This document shows, piece by piece, positions 59,625 through 64,000 of a stretch of 64,000 nt of DNA (within the stretch, counting starts at the first letter, position 1; the number at the start of each line of letters is the position of its first letter). The translations under genes and the position numbers were made by a program. The DNA is from Camelus ferus (Eukaryota), in the NCBI RefSeq assembly GCF_009834535.1, contig NC_045697.1, positions 15,378,001 to 15,442,000 of the forward strand, in the 5' to 3' direction. Below the pieces are notes generated by a model. The model did not search any database. It was given only the letters and a program-made list of their open reading frames with translations, and was not told the origin of the DNA.

Positions 59625-60085
59625 TTTTTTTTTCCTCATGTCCGAAGCATTTTTAATACCTTTTTTTTTTAACACCTTTATTTTAGTATGGTTCCTGTAT
59701 GGTAAACTACACATATTTCAAATGTACAATTTGATGCATTTTGATAGATGTATATACCTACAAAACCACTACCACAATCAAGATAGCTAACATTTCCATC
59801 ACTATCCAAGAGGATCAATTTTTGAATTTCCAATTTATCCCTTTACCCCCCAGTAATCATAAGCTTATTCTCTAAGTCTGTGAGTCTGTTTCTGTTTTGT
59901 AGATAAGTTCATTTTTAGTTTCAGTATACAAGCAATATATGGCATTTTTCTTTTTCTTTCTGGCTTACTTCACTTAGAATGATGATCTCCAGGTCTGTCC
60001 ACATTGCTGCAGATGGTATTATTTTATTCTTTTTCATGGCTGAGTAGTGTTCTGTTGTGAATATATACACCACATCTTCTTTTAT
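59625..60085 (-). mobile_element. Composite L1 insertion: young L1 fragment (59820-60085), old L1MB/ME-type 3' end (59661-59810), unique tail and poly-A
   Basis: The young part matches the 10013-10570 L1 (TTCTTTCTGGCTTACTTCACTTAGAATGA). The old part reads AATGTACAATTTGATGCATTTTGATAGATGTATATACC..CCACAATCAAGATAG..CATTTCCATCAC. Flanked by CTCACTGA-starting repeats inside a MIR. Confidence 0.85.
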
Positions 60086-60114
60086 CTCACTGAGCTGTTT
60101 TTAAATAACATGTG

Positions 60115-60723
60115 AGGCAGATAAGATAGAGCAAATGACTGAGAATATAGACCCTGAAACTTAACACCCAGAATTCAAATCCCAGTTCTATCACTTCCTA
60201 GTTATGAGCCTTTGGGAAAATTATTCTCTTTGGGCCTCATTTTTTTTTCAACTTGAAAATGGGCACGTTTATAAATAACAATACCTACCTCATCAAGTTA
60301 CTACAGGAACTGTATGGTTTAATGCAAAGTCAAGTTCTTAGAACTGTACTTGTCACATGAGAGGCCATTACTTATTATTATAAGACTGGACCATTTTGAA
60401 TGACATCTTGTGCATTAATAATGTTAATATCAAACATATATTAAGTGTGTATGTGTTAGACATTTTATATGCATTACCTCATGTAAAACAACCCTAGAGG
60501 ACAGGTGCCATTATGATTGTAGTTTACAGATAAAAAATTGGAGATTCAAAAGATATAAACATTTGCTGTAGATTGAAAAAGTTAGTAAGCAGTGGACAAG
60601 GAACTTGAAGTCTGGACTCCAACTTTGGAACCTATATTCTCATATGACTATGACATTCAGGTCTTGTTTAGAAGACAGATGGGCAGTGATGGGTAAATGA
60701 AAGATGACACCTTCATTGAGCGC

Positions 60724-60761
<38 letters not shown>

Positions 60762-61030
60762 TACACACACTCAAACACACATATATACACAAACCCGGTG
60801 CAATATATATGTGTGTGTGTGTGTCTATATATATATATAGACATATATATATATATAGACACCAGTCTAAGCTATTACACATCCCGTCTCACTCAAGCCT
60901 TACAATAACCACAAAAGGTTGGGATTCTTATGTTCTTATGTCTATTTTTCAGAGATGAGGAAATAGTAAGACATGGACTAGGATTCCAACCCATGTCCAT
61001 TTATCACTAAAGCTCTTGTTTTCTCTGCTG
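60115..61030. mobile_element. Cluster of three MIRs (+ ~60115-60380; - ~60420-60640; - ~60710-61030)
   Basis: TTCAAATCCCAGTTCTATCACTTCCTAGTTATGAGCCTTTGGG, TTTACAGATAAAAAATTGGAG and TTTTCAGAGATGAGGAAA. Confidence 0.8.
60723..60858. repeat. Compound (TA)n(CA)n..(TG)n(TA)n microsatellite with inverted symmetry
   Basis: Directly visible. Confidence 0.95.
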
Positions 61031-62894
61031 CCATGGTCCCATTAATTATAATGTCTGAGGTCAAGTGCCTAACAGTCCGAAGACTCTGAAAATTCGGTTA
61101 TCTGTCTCACACGAATCCCCAACGAATAAGTCCAGAGTGGAAGAGGGTACAAGAATATGCACTACACAAGTTGCAGATGGATGAGAAGCCAGGAAATGTT
61201 ATTAGTAAATGTCTTGTTTTGACTTTTTAAAAAAGTAGTTGGGACTTAATGATTGCTGGTTTTTAAGTGCACATCTTACATATAAAGTTACGCCCCTTAT
61301 TGCATGACTCAGTGTAAGACTGCACTGAGTTCCTATTATCACTGCTGTTGAGTTAAATATGACCCAAAGCTATAAATGTGCTCTATAGTATTTCACACTT
61401 AAAGCCTGATAATCATTTGCTTATGTTTGTTGAACCAAATAAAACTGGGCTAAATTCATTCCACTGTCTTTTTCCAAACTGCTTGTGTGGCTTTATCTTG
61501 CTACTAAAAGGAGATGAATGGGCAGAGGCTAACAGAACTCTGCTGCTTCTTTGGGTAGCAAACAGCACCCAGTAAACCTTCAACAGACAGAGGGAATCAA
61601 TTACCTTCACTCGTCAATGAAGACGACAATAAGAAGTGACCTGGTCAAGGCAAGAGATGCCTGAAAACGGCCTCCCTCCTGGTGTCTCTCTATTTCCAGA
61701 GACTGGATGATGCTGCTTCTATTTATAAACTCATCTGGAAATGCATGAGCTTCGCAAGGTCTTTTTTCTTCTGTGGCTGCATCCTGAAAGGGCATAAATT
61801 AGAATAGCAGGATCAAATAACCTAATACCTGGGAGTCAACAGAGGCAATTTATAGAGACATGAATTTACTAGCAAGCAGTAAAGAAAGACACATAAAGGA
61901 GACGACGAGGTATCTCAATTTTGAGAGAGATGAAGGCATTTCTAAGCAGAAATTCGTAAGGGGCTAGTAGATGGGTGACAAAGTGACGCTGTTTGGCCGA
62001 GAAGCCTGCGCAATGGAGGCTGGTGAACATCCACTGGTTGTATCACCTGGTGAAAGCCACTAGCCTCTTTAATTTTTCTTTGTTTATAAAATTGGGATAA
62101 TGCCATATAGGGTCGTTGTGAGGACTAAATCATTCAACGTGTTTAAACACCTCGTCTGCTGTCTAGCCAATCCATGGTACCTACTGGTATTACTACTGTC
62201 ATCCCCGTCATCATTGTCTTCATCATTATCACCACCCTCATCACCTTTAAGAGCTCAGAAACAGTCTACTTATATTGGGCTTGTCTAAATCTACGTCATG
62301 GGCAAGACATTTTCAGTGCTGACTTTCAGCACCTGATTCGTTTGAAAATCTTATGCAAAACCTCCAAATATAAACCATGTGACCTAGCTTTAGCGATCGA
62401 TTGAGCACTGAAGGAATACAGTGAGAGAAAGGGAATGGGAAAGCATCCTTACAGTGACTCTGAGCCGGCACCCACTGTTTCTCTTTTATGAAAGCAGATC
62501 TAGACTTCCCAGGCTCTTCAAATCCACGTGGACTAAGAACCAACCTAGGTCATCCTGTAAATAGCAACTGAGTCTCAGCTGCAGCCCGAGACTCCCTTGA
62601 GAGGCATCAGCTTAAACTAAGTCTCATCTTAAGTACAGACAGGAGGAAATGGGGGCACTGGGGGAAGTTACTTCTCCTTGCCTGGCACTGCAGAGCAGGA
62701 GGTACTTCTGTCCTAAATTGCAAGGAAGAAAATCAAGCTACGAAATGTCAGTATTAACAGAAGGAAAACAATTAATATTGGGTAAAGTTTAAACCTGACT
62801 TACTAGATTTTAATTACAGGTTTCCATCGCCTAATAGAGTGTTGCTACATTTTAAAATCAAGCCTGAGGGTAGTTAGAGGGGCACGTACAGAGG

Positions 62895-63120
62895 ATTTAG
62901 CACATGCCGAGCATGGTTTACAGTGCACTGTGTGTATTAGCACATGTAGAGCTCACAACTCTGTGAGGTGGGTGCTTTGAGTATCCCCACTGTTCATAAG
63001 AGGCACAGAGAGACTAAGTAATTTGCCCAAGGTCACACAGCTAAAAAGCAGCAGAGCCAGTACCTGAACCAAGGCCAATGGGTCTCAAAGTCCACGCTTT
63101 TGATCTGTACTGGTTGCCTC
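62895..63120 (-). mobile_element. MIR
   Basis: GAGGCACAGAGAGACTAAGTAATTTGCCCAAGGTCACACAGCTA..GCAGAGCCAG. Confidence 0.92.
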
Positions 63121-64000
63121 ACAGGAAAAGGAAAGTCGGTGGCAGCACCAAAGCTCTGGCTCTGCCCTGTGGACCACCTTCAGACTGAGCAGAACTGTTT
63201 TCAGTCTTTTATTCACCGTGTTGTGTTTATTCAATATCACATGATTAGACAAAACTTGAGATATGTTTAAATGATAGATAAGAGTTTCACTCTACCCTCC
63301 CCACTCCATTCCCTTACAAATGTATTTAAAGATACATGATTATGGGTCTGTAAAAAAATAAAAAATCTCCCACTATCGTTAATGAATTGTTCTGTCAGTT
63401 AAAAGTACATTGTGAATTATTATGTTTGTTTCAGGAAAAGGTAGCTGATCATCAGTTTTCAAGATGTTCTAAAAGGGCAGGGCATCTACCATTTCAACAA
63501 TCAGCCTCACAGTTTTAATTAATTATTGACTAGGAAAGGAGGTAATATGATCGAGTTAGACACTCTGAGAAAAGTGTTTAGAAATTCCACTTTGTCAGGT
63601 GAGCAATGTTTCTCTGATCAGAGGGTACTTAGTTCTTAAGTCATAAGTAGAAGAGAGAAAGAAGATATTAAATCATCTTTGTTCATTTTTCCTTCTGTTA
63701 TGACCCAGGAAAAGATATATGGAGGGAACAGGATTGGAGGAAGAGGGCAGACAGGAACTTGGAACTCCGTTTGCAGTGGGAGATGAACGAGGGCCAGTGT
63801 AGGATGGATGCCTGCTGACAACTGTCATTTCCAGAGATTTACTGGAGCAAAATGATATCCAACATGGAGAAGAAAAATTGGGTGTCTAGATTTATTTTAA
63901 ATGGCTGCAGAAGTCCTGTTTTGCTGAATTATTTTTTAAGTTGGAGCTTGTTTAAAGACAGAAGATTACAGGGACAGCCAGAGGGAAAATTAGGGTGTCA

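Noticed and set aside
1..64000. CRISPR arrays, operons, rRNA/snRNA genes, processed pseudogenes of cellular genes
   Set aside because: The sequence is mammalian and repeat-rich. I saw no regularly spaced repeat-spacer array and recognised no RNA gene or cellular protein in the ORF track; a small ncRNA could have been missed by eye.

Overview
Mammalian genomic DNA, very probably camelid (camel, alpaca or llama), judged from a TSD-flanked tRNA-derived SINE of the camelid vic-1 type at 18681-18863. I recognise no protein-coding gene, so the window reads as intergenic or deep-intronic. A large fraction is interspersed repeat: L1, HAL1, L2, MIR, L3/CR1, MaLR and ERVL-class LTRs, an ERVL pol remnant, and the hAT elements Charlie1a and MER20. 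The standout object is a ~3.05-kb ORF1-only ('half-L1') retrotransposon at 6445-9500. It sits between perfect 17-bp target-site duplications, and its 3' half is a patchwork of antisense L1 ORF2 pieces plus a borrowed older L1MC-type tail. Other notable items are a chimeric L1 insertion with an apparent 3' transduction (59625-60085), an unexplained diverged ~165-bp direct repeat (45.0 and 45.9 kb), two tiny CpG clusters, a naked poly(A) insertion with TSD, and a few candidate exons. Repeat subfamily names come from remembered consensus sequences, and boundaries are approximate unless TSDs are quoted. No searches were run.
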